Positions 43,201 through 51,100 of a stretch of 64,000 nucleotides of DNA are shown here, in pieces. The translations under genes and the position numbers were made by a program. The DNA lies in contig JAGGXV010000024.1 of the NCBI GenBank assembly GCA_021162885.1, positions 1,024 through 65,023 of the forward strand, read 5' to 3'. Origin of the DNA: a bacterium (lineage in GTDB: Bacteria > Patescibacteriota > Minisyncoccia > Minisyncoccales > CG1-02-41-26). The first letter of the stretch is position 1. Each line of letters begins with the position of its first letter. Under the pieces are notes generated by a model. It was not told the DNA's origin and did not search any database. It was given only the letters and a program-made list of their open reading frames with translations.

Positions 43201-45225
43201 TGCGCCTCCTCCACCAGAGACAGTTTCTCCTGAACTGTTCTCTGCTTTCGGGGTGCCATCAACATATATGCTTGTTTGCCACCCCAAATTAGTTTTTCTT
43301 TCCATTGTCTTTTTGGAAGAGTTGCTACCGGCTGGCCAATAGGGATTTGCCTCAACTTTATCTTGGAGATTGCAATTTTCATCAAAAAGATACAATGCTT
43401 CATTAGTGTTGCTTAAAGAGCCGGTATAAATGAGGTCGGCTGGAATGCCTGGCACTGAATTATCGTCAGTCCTTTCCAAAAGCAAAAAACCTCCGGGAGA
43501 TAAGATGACGCTCTGATCTTCGTCCAGAAACTTTATTTTTATTTGTTTATCTTTGTCCAAAATTTGCCAGCCAGTTAAATCAATTGAACTCCCTGAAATA
43601 TTTTTTAACTCAATCCATTCATCATTGGCAGAATTAGTTGTTCCCATCCAGGTAATTTCATTAAAAACGATGCTATTTCTTATTGGAGATTGAGTTCCAA
43701 GAGCCGAACAGAAAACAATCTCTTTTTGAGAAATTTTTTCTTCTTTGTCTATTCTTTTTTCCTCCTCACTATCTATTTTCTCTTTTTCGTCTATCTCTTC
43801 TTTCTTTTCTTTCTCTTCTGTTTCTTTGGATTCAAATTCCTGAGATTGCTGAGATTTGGATTCTTCTTGAGATACCTTTTCCCTTGGCAAGAATTCTTCT
43901 GCTTGAGCTAAAAGTATTTCTACCCTTTCTGAAATTTCATCAAATCTTTCAATCAGCTTCTCCAAAGTGGATTTGGTTTTTTTCTCCGGAATTTCTTCTA
44001 AAACTATTTTCTCTTTTAGTTCTTCTCCAATTTCTTCTAGAGACAATGCTTCCTCGGTTAATTTTTCGAGGTCTGTCGTTACAAGGTCAGACCTCCTAAT
44101 ATCATCTTCCAGGCCAATAATTTGGGCTTCTGGTTTTACCCCGCCAAAATACTTTCCCAGCTTTTCTATTAAATTTCTTGCGGTTTCTTTAAGTTCTTCC
44201 CCTATTCCTTGGAAGAAATCCTTGCTGGTTTCCCAAGCATCTTTGGTTCGTCTTTTAACTTTTGGAGGGGCAAATTTCTCTTGCATCCTGGCTAATTCTT
44301 TTTCAACTATCTCTATAATTCTTTTTGCCTTGACTAAAATAGACGGCTTTTCTAGATATTCAGGGGGTACCTCAATTTCCGGCACCGGCTTGTCAAAATC
44401 TACTTCCACGGTTGGCGGTTCTTTTGTCTCATCCCAACTGAAAACTCTATTTTCATTTCTTTTCACAAACCCTTTCACCCTTACTATAAACGGTTCTAAC
44501 TTCCCATCATTATCTCTTTGCTTTTCATTTTCTATCCAGCGATCCCAAGGCCATGGAAGTGATTTAGGGTTATCTATTCCTCTTGCAAATGCATTTGGGT
44601 CGGTACCCATAGGTGGTTCAATAGGATCTTTTGAATAAAACTCAGCAGCGATTTTCCCATGAGTCTTATCTTCTGTTGGATGATAAACAATGATATACTG
44701 AATATTTAATTTTTGAGGAGCTCCTTTATAAGAATCAAATAAATAATTCGCTTCGCCAGCTCCTACTTTAATATCGTTCTGGACAAACCAATTTACCGCA
44801 TAGTTAGTAGCTTCTTGAACAGTTACTTGTTCAATTATTTCTATAACACTCCCTATGTCTTGAGCGTAAATTATCCTTACTAACTTTAAAGAAACCTTTA
44901 AAAATTTTATTGAGAGTTGCTTTGGAACTTCCTTGAACCAATAATCTAATTGTTCTTTTAAAACTGCTTGCTTAACCAAGACTACAGCTCCAGTTTCTCG
45001 AGCAACGTTAGGCCTATTCAAAAGAGCATCATTAAATAAATTAAAATTTGCTTCGGTTAAAGGTTTTTTTCTAATGAGGTCTAATAAATTTTCAGTTTCT
45101 TTTTCTTTAAGAGGCCAATATGCATCTTGAGTTTCTTGAGCAGAAACTTGAGTTGGAACAATACAAAATAATATCAAACTAATTGATATTAAAATTAGAG
45201 GAATTTTTCTAAACATATTATTCAA
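40285..45225 (-). CDS. giant secreted multidomain surface protein (1646 aa): unknown N-domain, acidic coiled region, 3x LTD, PKD, FN3, PQQ-like beta-propeller
   Basis: Signal peptide (..CIVPTQVSAQE). LTD signatures NEITWMGTTNSANDEWIELKN, INEIMYNLEGNDEGREWIEIFN and ISEVQIQKEEFVELYN. PKD signature (FTWDFGDGNS). FN3 signature (VENFQIATSSDNQVILTWS). Repeated PQQ-like blades (GTIYIG..DG.L.AL...G..KW). Confidence 0.85.
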   Translation of the reverse strand: MNNMFRKIPLILISISLILFCIVPTQVSAQETQDAYWPLKEKETENLLDLIRKKPLTEANFNLFNDALLNRPNVARETGAVVLVKQAVLKEQLDYWFKEVPKQLSIKFLKVSLKLVRIIYAQDIGSVIEIIEQVTVQEATNYAVNWFVQNDIKVGAGEANYLFDSYKGAPQKLNIQYIIVYHPTEDKTHGKIAAEFYSKDPIEPPMGTDPNAFARGIDNPKSLPWPWDRWIENEKQRDNDGKLEPFIVRVKGFVKRNENRVFSWDETKEPPTVEVDFDKPVPEIEVPPEYLEKPSILVKAKRIIEIVEKELARMQEKFAPPKVKRRTKDAWETSKDFFQGIGEELKETARNLIEKLGKYFGGVKPEAQIIGLEDDIRRSDLVTTDLEKLTEEALSLEEIGEELKEKIVLEEIPEKKTKSTLEKLIERFDEISERVEILLAQAEEFLPREKVSQEESKSQQSQEFESKETEEKEKKEEIDEKEKIDSEEEKRIDKEEKISQKEIVFCSALGTQSPIRNSIVFNEITWMGTTNSANDEWIELKNISGSSIDLTGWQILDKDKQIKIKFLDEDQSVILSPGGFLLLERTDDNSVPGIPADLIYTGSLSNTNEALYLFDENCNLQDKVEANPYWPAGSNSSKKTMERKTNLGWQTSIYVDGTPKAENSSGETVSGGGGATPPSSEQPTEQPSPKCFPILINEIMYNLEGNDEGREWIEIFNATDTEVDLTDWKFCEAETNHNLNLVQGTSSLSAAEYAVIANDSDEFLKDYPNYSGTLFDSSFSLNNTGESLSLKNKDLVCDQLAYSSNWGANGDGNSLQKIDPTATSNEPTNWKPAPPTPGQANSFPEENQLPVATFTYFPQNPQVNQEILFNAASSTDPDGQIISFTWDFGDGNSATTIQATTTHSFSTSSQFQITLVVSDDKGATSSTSTAIQVVEKQEPKVAQSVIISEVQIQKEEFVELYNPVSEPDSTNGWYLCAYSQNNQWNDPKICWEFPTSTVIEANKHYLIGVSNYPTSTESGYPQADWTLLTKSGHPYKQGQLADKGGAIGIFKCNPSVSTTTKSCKIDLFSWKKDGSTSTKVYEGTPFSFKKSDIEEKSFRRKKNQNEKYIDSDNNSTDFEIDFPTPTNSKGETGNLQSPGKVENFQIATSSDNQVILTWSTSSDPDTPSSSISYIIYYSKVQPITTNTLSTSTTASATTTTTNLTLQDLYYDSTYYFGIRAFDGLNWSELSTTTPLFIAPEIPQWQMFGYNSQRTFRSPYQGPTTSTIKWQFNATEAGVSQFWTGTAIDQNGTIYIGTTDGLVALTENGILKWHYSTASGRVLQPPMIGKDGTVYIITLGNKILALSPAGELKWQKTINTSFSSNSTIYHNVNLAISNNTLYYAAPQQIGTNTQPFLIAINSDNGNVIWAFALTQENTTDPASSPVISQDGTIYISFDKTLFAFSSQGNLKWQKEFNLHPNCQGNYPNSIFSLTSNDGTIYFLLKGAHHIQTSWCSYCADRLYAIDPDSINPATTTLSGGEIKWQQNLGTGKTFVLIGQNNLYLKTIFEGGMNCESNHYLYSFYKTGQLLSSTSSLATTLRLIDSDENLFGNSGNSATRIIGLNSGGNEIWQYYGGGYPNYFIFPFALAEDSTLYAPTSATLFAIGK

Positions 45226-45877
45226 TTACTACATTTCTAAGAAACTCCTCCCATCTCGAAGAACATTTTTCTTTATATTCCAGGGGAAAACCCAAGCCAA
45301 GACTAATTAATTTATAATCTCCGAATGGAATATTTATATTCATCCCTCCCCCCATCATCGAACTCTCTTGAAAAATTATCTCAAGAGCATCGTAATCGTT
45401 AATGTTTACAAGTGTAAAATCTTCAGCTAAGACATAATCCTCTTTAAGTAATCTAGTGGCTTCTTCGGGATTCTCTTGAAGTATTTTTATGTTCTCTATT
45501 AATTCCTGGTGTGTTTTTTTTGCAGTCTGGGCAGTAATACTTATTATACATCCCGTTTTTAAGACATTACCTGTGGTAGTTTCGAAATCTGGAGAATAAA
45601 GATTGACCCAATATTCCGGCTCTGGAATATCGCTTCCTTCAAATTCTATTCGCCAGCCCTCTGGCACTTTAGCGGTTAAGCCAACTTTTTCCACAACAAT
45701 ATATTTTCCATCTTCCCTTTCTTCGATTTTGTAATCCTCTTTACTGAACAGAGTAGGAGCTTCTTCGGGGTGGCCAATAGATAGGTCTGGCTTTTCTGGT
45801 TGCCAGGTCCACAGCCAATAAAAAAATCCTCCAGTCGTCACCACAAGAATAATTAAAAAAATCCAAATTTTCTTCAT
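45218..45877 (-). CDS. membrane-anchored hypothetical protein (219 aa), first gene of the giant-protein operon
   Basis: N-terminal TM segment (IWIFLIILVVTTGGFFYWLW). The stop overlaps the downstream start by 8 nt. Confidence 0.6.
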   Translation of the reverse strand: MKKIWIFLIILVVTTGGFFYWLWTWQPEKPDLSIGHPEEAPTLFSKEDYKIEEREDGKYIVVEKVGLTAKVPEGWRIEFEGSDIPEPEYWVNLYSPDFETTTGNVLKTGCIISITAQTAKKTHQELIENIKILQENPEEATRLLKEDYVLAEDFTLVNINDYDALEIIFQESSMMGGGMNINIPFGDYKLISLGLGFPLEYKEKCSSRWEEFLRNVVIE

Positions 45878-45890
45878 AATAAACTAAAAA

Positions 45891-45916
45891 TTAACCGTTC
45901 GAGATTAACCCTTCGA
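45891..45916 (-). promoter_or_regulatory. direct repeats TCGAAsGGTTAA x2 (14-nt period) upstream of the 219-aa gene
   Basis: The plus strand reads TTAACCGTTCGA ga TTAACCCTTCGA, 14-39 nt from the start codon at 45877. Confidence 0.5.
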
Positions 45917-46009
45917 CTTTTTAAAATTTTATATAATTATTCCATTTTCTAAAACAAATTTCTCAATGTCAACAAAACTTATCCACACCCCAAACAAACC
46001 TAATCTAAA

Positions 46010-46048
46010 CCCGAATAAATCGTGACGGTCGTCAGTGATTTATTCGGG
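46010..46048. promoter_or_regulatory. 39-nt composite hairpin in the divergent control region
   Basis: CCCGAATAAATC g TGACG gt CGTCA gt GATTTATTCGGG. The outer stem is a perfect 12 bp. Confidence 0.7.
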
Positions 46049-46099
46049 TTAAGACGGGTTAAGATAAGAGTTGATGTTGAAAATATTTTTTGGTATGAT
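46046..46099 (+). promoter_or_regulatory. GGGTTAAGA x2 direct repeats abutting a sigma70-type promoter
   Basis: GGGTTAAGA (46046-46054) and GGGTTAAGA (46056-64). Then TTGATG (46071-76), a 17-nt spacer and TATGAT (46094-99) with an upstream TGG. Confidence 0.5.
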
Positions 46100-46140
46100 A
46101 TATTTTATTAAACTAATTATTAAACTAAATTAAATTATTT

Positions 46141-46686
46141 GTGGACAAAGAGTATTTGGTAAGAGTTTGTTTAGCAGTTTATCGGGTGACCGAGATTTTT
46201 CCGGGCAAGGAACCATTAAAGTTTGATATTAGAGAAAAAGCTAATCAGATTTTGGCTGATTTGCTTTTGTTTAAAAACCAGAAAAATCCTGAAATGGTGG
46301 AGAAAAAGCGAATTTTAGGAAATATCGAGGTTTTAAACGGATATTTTGAGATAGCAAAAGCCCAGAGATGGGTTGATGAAAGGAATTTTTTTGTTTTGAG
46401 AAGGGAATATGATAAGATAAAGAAAGAAATATCTTCTATTAAAAAGAAGAAAAACCCAGATTCTTCTGATGTTGCTTTGAATGATTTAACTAATGAGAGA
46501 TATAAAAAAATTTTAGAAATTCTACGTCAGAAAGAGAGAGTCCAAGTTTGGGAATTCAAAAAAATTTTCCCACAAGTGAGCAAAAGAACCTTAAGGAGGA
46601 ATCTCGATTATCTTATAAGACAAGGACTAGTGCAAAGGGTAGGCGATAGAAATGACACCTATTATAAATTAGGTAGGACAGGGTAG
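46141..46686 (+). CDS. four-helix-bundle N-domain fused to a DeoR-like winged-helix DNA-binding domain
   Basis: GTG start. C-terminal wHTH pattern (ILEILRQKERVQVWEFKKIFPQVSKRTLRRNLDYLIRQGLVQRVG). Confidence 0.55.
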   Translation: MDKEYLVRVCLAVYRVTEIFPGKEPLKFDIREKANQILADLLLFKNQKNPEMVEKKRILGNIEVLNGYFEIAKAQRWVDERNFFVLRREYDKIKKEISSIKKKKNPDSSDVALNDLTNERYKKILEILRQKERVQVWEFKKIFPQVSKRTLRRNLDYLIRQGLVQRVGDRNDTYYKLGRTG

Positions 46687-46738
46687 GACATAAATGTCCT
46701 ACCTAATGTCCTACCGTAGGACATATAATGTCCTACCC
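46672..46738. promoter_or_regulatory. array of six GTAGGACAT half-sites (three overlapping palindromes) with embedded TATAAT
   Basis: GGTAGGACA gGGTAGGACAT aa ATGTCCTACC ta ATGTCCTACC GTAGGACAT ata ATGTCCTACCC. TATAAT lies at 46724-46729. Confidence 0.8.
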
Positions 46739-46753
46739 TAGAAATCATTTTCT

Positions 46754-47275
46754 ATGGGAAATTTAAAGGAAAAGTTTGCCAAAATTTACGACAAATATGT
46801 AGATAAAATCTACCGTTTTGTCTTTTTGAAAGTGGAATCTCAAGAAATAGCTGAGGATTTGACCAGTATAGTTTTTACTAAGGGCTGGAAGAAGTTTAAA
46901 AAAGGGGAGGACATTAAAAATATCTCCGCCTACCTTTACCAAATTGCCAGGGCAGAAATTGCCAATTATCATCGAGAAAGAGCTAAATTTCCGACTATCT
47001 CTACTGAAGCTACCCAAATTCCTATTGTTGATCCTAAACCGAATTCAGAACAAACTCAGGAGTTTCAGTCAGATCTTGTAACTATCAAGAATTGTTTGGC
47101 TAAGCTAAACAATAACTATCAAGATGTTTTGGTTTGGAGATATATTGACGGTTATTCAAATAAAGAGATTGCTGAGATGCTCGGAAAATCAAAAGGAGCG
47201 GTGAGAGTGATGATTCATCGAGCCTTAAAGGAATTAAAAGAATTGTGTAACGAAATTCGTTTTTCCGGGTCATAA
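46754..47275 (+). CDS. ECF-type RNA polymerase sigma factor
   Basis: Region 2 (YDKYVDKIYRFVFLKV..AEDLTSIVF) and region 4 HTH (NKEIAEMLGKSKGAVRVMIHRALKELK). Length 173 aa. Confidence 0.9.
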   Translation: MGNLKEKFAKIYDKYVDKIYRFVFLKVESQEIAEDLTSIVFTKGWKKFKKGEDIKNISAYLYQIARAEIANYHRERAKFPTISTEATQIPIVDPKPNSEQTQEFQSDLVTIKNCLAKLNNNYQDVLVWRYIDGYSNKEIAEMLGKSKGAVRVMIHRALKELKELCNEIRFSGS

Positions 47276-47299
47276 ATAAAAAGAGAGAATTTAATTGTT

Positions 47300-48007
47300 A
47301 TGGACGAACGCCAACTTATCAAAAAGATAAAAACACTGAAACAGATTAAACCCAACAAAGATTGGGTTTCTTTTACTAAAAGAGAAATTTTTGGGGAGAA
47401 AGGAGAGATTAAAGAGAGTCCTAACTTAAGAACAACTCTGGGTTGGTTATTTACCCCTGTTCAGAGGCCAGCTTTAGTTGTTAGGACTTTGATTGCTGGA
47501 GTTTTAATTTTGGCAGGGGTTTTCGTTTATCTCTACTTAGGAGCTTTGACTTCCCAAATTGTCCAGTTGCCTTTTATTGCTGAGAAACGGGCCGAGGTTG
47601 AAGCGATGAAGACCTCTTTAGCTGAGATTCAAGTTAGTTTAGTCGAAATAAAATCATCTTTGAATAACTTGAAAAACACCAGAAACCTCAGCCAGGCTTT
47701 ATCAGTAACGGAGGTGATTAGAGCTACTGCTAACCGGGGAGAGGAAACGGTCAAACAGATTAAAGCAGGATCTCCTCCAAAAAAAGTTTTAGCCACCTTA
47801 ACTGAAGTGGAAAACACTCTTAAAGAATTAAAAGAATCAAGTTATCATATTCAAAAAGAGATGATTGAAAATTTACTGGCAGATTTAAAAAAGAGAGATT
47901 TGACTGAGGAAGACCAGGAGCGTTTAGGGAAAGCTCAAGAATATTATAATGAAGGAAGATATACTGAGGCAATGATTTTAATTCAGAGAATAGGAAATAA
48001 TAATTAG
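47300..48007 (+). CDS. single-pass membrane protein, putative anti-sigma factor
   Basis: Directly follows the sigma gene. Short cytoplasmic N-terminus, one TM segment (LIAGVLILAGVFVYLYL) and a helical extracytoplasmic domain. Confidence 0.55.
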   Translation: MDERQLIKKIKTLKQIKPNKDWVSFTKREIFGEKGEIKESPNLRTTLGWLFTPVQRPALVVRTLIAGVLILAGVFVYLYLGALTSQIVQLPFIAEKRAEVEAMKTSLAEIQVSLVEIKSSLNNLKNTRNLSQALSVTEVIRATANRGEETVKQIKAGSPPKKVLATLTEVENTLKELKESSYHIQKEMIENLLADLKKRDLTEEDQERLGKAQEYYNEGRYTEAMILIQRIGNNN

Positions 48008-48166
48008 AAAATTGAAAGTCGCGAGGTCTCGTAACCATTACGTAAGGTCGCGAGACATAAATTCGTACCCGAAAGGGCAGATGCGTAAATTCGTATATCG
48101 CTTTCGGGGCAAAGGTCGGCGCGACATAGAAGTTAAAAGTAAGTTTAAGAAAGAAGAAAGAAAAAA
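48008..48166 (+). promoter_or_regulatory. GC-rich structured leader upstream of the 1151-aa gene
   Basis: Imperfect palindrome GTCTCGtaACCaTTAC|GTAAgGTcgCGAGAC. CCC-GAAA-GGG hairpin. Long-range CCGAAAG...CTTTCGG pairing. Confidence 0.5.
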
Positions 48167-51100
48167 ATGAATAAAATAACCAAAAAGATTGTAGCTTTCG
48201 CTACTGCCGTCACTTTGGTGGCTTGGTTAGTGCCAGTAGTTCCAGCTTCAGCTGTCACCGCCGAAGAATTAAGAGCTCAAATTGAGGCCTTGCAACAGCA
48301 ATTGCTTGAATTGCAAGCTCAGTTGGCAGGTCTAGAAGGTGGTGGGGAAGCAGTAGCTGGTTGTCTTTGCACTTTCACCAGAAATCTCTATCCCGGAATG
48401 ACTGGAGATGATGTGAAGTGTTTGCAGCAATATCTTAACGGAGCTGGCTACAAGTTAGCTGAGTCAGGCGCTGGCTCGCCGGGAAATGAGACCATTTATT
48501 TTGGTCCTTTGACCAGAGCGGCTGTTAAGGCCTGGCAAGATGCTAATGGAGTAGAGTATGGTGATTACTGGGGTTATTTTGGTCCCAAATCCCAAGCCAA
48601 ATATAATGAGATTTGTGCGGTAGGCGAACAAGAAGAGGAGGAGGAAGAAGAAGAGGAAGAAGAAGAGGAGGAGGAAGTCAGTGAAGGCCTAACAGTAGCT
48701 TTGGCTGATGACAATCCAGCTTCAGCAACTATTGTAGCTGACTCAACTGGAAGCTCTGACAGCGCTCAGGCCTTAATTCCTTTCTTGAAAGTTAAACTCA
48801 CCAATGGTGATGCTTCTGAAGTTAAGGTGACTCAGATTAATTTCAAAAGAGGAGGAATTTCAGCTGACGCTGATATTTCCCAAGCTTATCTTTACGAGGA
48901 TGGGACCTTATTGGCTGATTACAGTTCTTTCTCGAGCGCTGTTTTGACCTTCTCAAATTCAGCTGGGCTTTTCACTATTCCTGCTGGCGAATCAAAAACA
49001 GTTACTTTGAAGGCTGATTTAGCTAACGATACCGAGTCTGGTAAAACCATCCGCTTTAGCATTGAATCGGCTGATGATATTGTCTCTGATGCTTCAGCAG
49101 TAAATGGCACTTTCCCGTTGACCGGTAATTATATGTCAACCGCTCGAGCTAGTGATGTTGGTCAATTAACAGTGGCTACTACCACAGCGGCTGGAACGGC
49201 TGTTGATCCTCAAGAGGGTCTTGAGATATATAACCTCAATCTAACCGCCGCTGACCAGAAATTAGAAGTTCGCAAGATAAAATTCACCAATATCGGTTCA
49301 ACTGATGCTGATGATTTGAAGAACTTCAAACTTTACGATGGTGGAACTCAAATAGGAGATACCATTGAAAATATGGAATCCGACAAGACCGTAACCTTTG
49401 ATTTAACTGCTGATCCTTTGGTGATTGACAAAGGAGTGACCAAGAATCTTCACCTTAAAGCAGATATTGTTGGCGGGACAAACAGAACCTTCCAATTCAG
49501 TATTCAGGAAATGACCGATATTTTGGTCTATGATACTGGATATGGAATCTATGTTAAGCCGAACAAGGCAGATTCTTGGACGGTCTTTAAGATGGCTGCT
49601 TCCACCATCAACGCTGGTAAGTTGACGATAACCAGAGCTTCTGATTCACCTTCTGGAAATGTGGCTTTAGGCGCTACCAATGTGACTATTGCCAAGTTTG
49701 ATGTCAAAGCCACTGGCGAGGATGTGAAGATTAGCTCATTGAATGTAGCTGTCTATGGTACCAACATGGCTAATAATGGAGGCGATGGTTTATACCAAGG
49801 TAAAGTTTATTTTGATGGTTCCCAAAAGGGTCAAACCACCAACTTGACATCTGACACCACTGATGGCGCTAACGCCAGAACCCAATTTACTTTCGGCAAT
49901 ACCTTTATTGTTCCAGCTGATGGAGAAACTCATACTTTAGAGATTAAAGCTGACATTAAAGATGAAGAAGGAGATGCTCATAATGGTGATGAATCTTTCA
50001 CCGTCAAAATAAGAGACATTGATGCTACGGGTAGAACTTCTCTCCAGAGCGTTAGTGTGGGTAGTGCAATTGGGTACACTTTAAACATTACCTCTGGTAC
50101 TCTCAGTTATGTTAAAAATGAAGCCTATCCCAACTGGACAGCTGCTCGGCCGACAGGAATTCCTGGAGCAACCGAAGTTTTGGTTGGTTCGTTTGTGGTA
50201 ACCGCTGGGGCATCAGAAGGGGCTGATATCACTTCCATTAAAGTGAGATACAGCACCACCACCAATACTATCTTGCAAAATCTCAAGCTCTACAAGGGAG
50301 ATAAAGACACTGGAACTCAGATTGGTTCAACCTTAGGTACTTTCAGTGCTGATAATGGCGGTACTTCTCAGACCTACACTTTCTATCCCTCACCCTACAT
50401 AAGTTTAGCAGCTGCTGAGCAATTTGTTTTGAATGTCTATGCTGACATTTTAACTAGTGCAACAGCTGGTGCTAATGGCCACATAACTTTGGATGAGGTT
50501 AATGGTGTTGGTAAGGTGACCGCAAGTTCAGTTAACTACCAACAGGATGTAACTGGTCAAACTATTTTTGTTGGCAGTGCGGGCACGCTTGGTCTAAGTG
50601 AGGATCCTTCTTCTCCATTGAGCGATATAATCGTGGCTGGAACCGCTGAGGAAACTTTTGCTGTCTTTAGATACTCAGCCAGTACTTCAGCTGAAAACAT
50701 AAAGATTACCAGCATTATTGCCACAACGACTTTGTCCAATACTGGAACGAGTAGTGTTAATACTATCAAGTTGGTAGGAGATGGACTTGATGCCTCAGTC
50801 GCTGCTTTGGATGAAGATGGTGTAGCTACCTTCAATTTGACCAGTAATCCTTGGGTTATTCCTGCCGGCGCGGAGAAGAAACTGACGATTAAAGCAAATG
50901 TTGCTCCTTATCCTTTAGCTTCCTCTACTGGAACAGTAAGATTTGGAATAGCAACAACTACTTACCAAGGAGAGGTTAGTGGAACTGCCACCAATACAGC
51001 AGCAGCAGCCAACTGGAAGCAAGCTAGTGCTACAATGAAGATTTACCGGACTCGACCGACTGTTGCCTTTATCGGTCCTACAAGCGGTGCCTTGACTGAC

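Noticed and set aside
45979-45987. Perfect DnaA-box 9-mers TTATCCACA at 45979-45987 and 51736-51744; considered as oriC evidence.
   Set aside because: There are only two isolated boxes 5.7 kb apart, with no cluster, no adjacent AT-rich unwinding element pattern, and no dnaA/dnaN nearby. Roughly one chance occurrence is expected in 64 kb on two strands. They may be incidental or promoter-associated.
48632-48676. Poly-Glu (GAA/GAG)15 tract as a phase-variation switch or assembly artefact.
   Set aside because: The unit is a triplet, so length changes keep the frame. Mixed GAA/GAG codons argue against polymerase-stutter artefact. It is best read as an acidic spacer.
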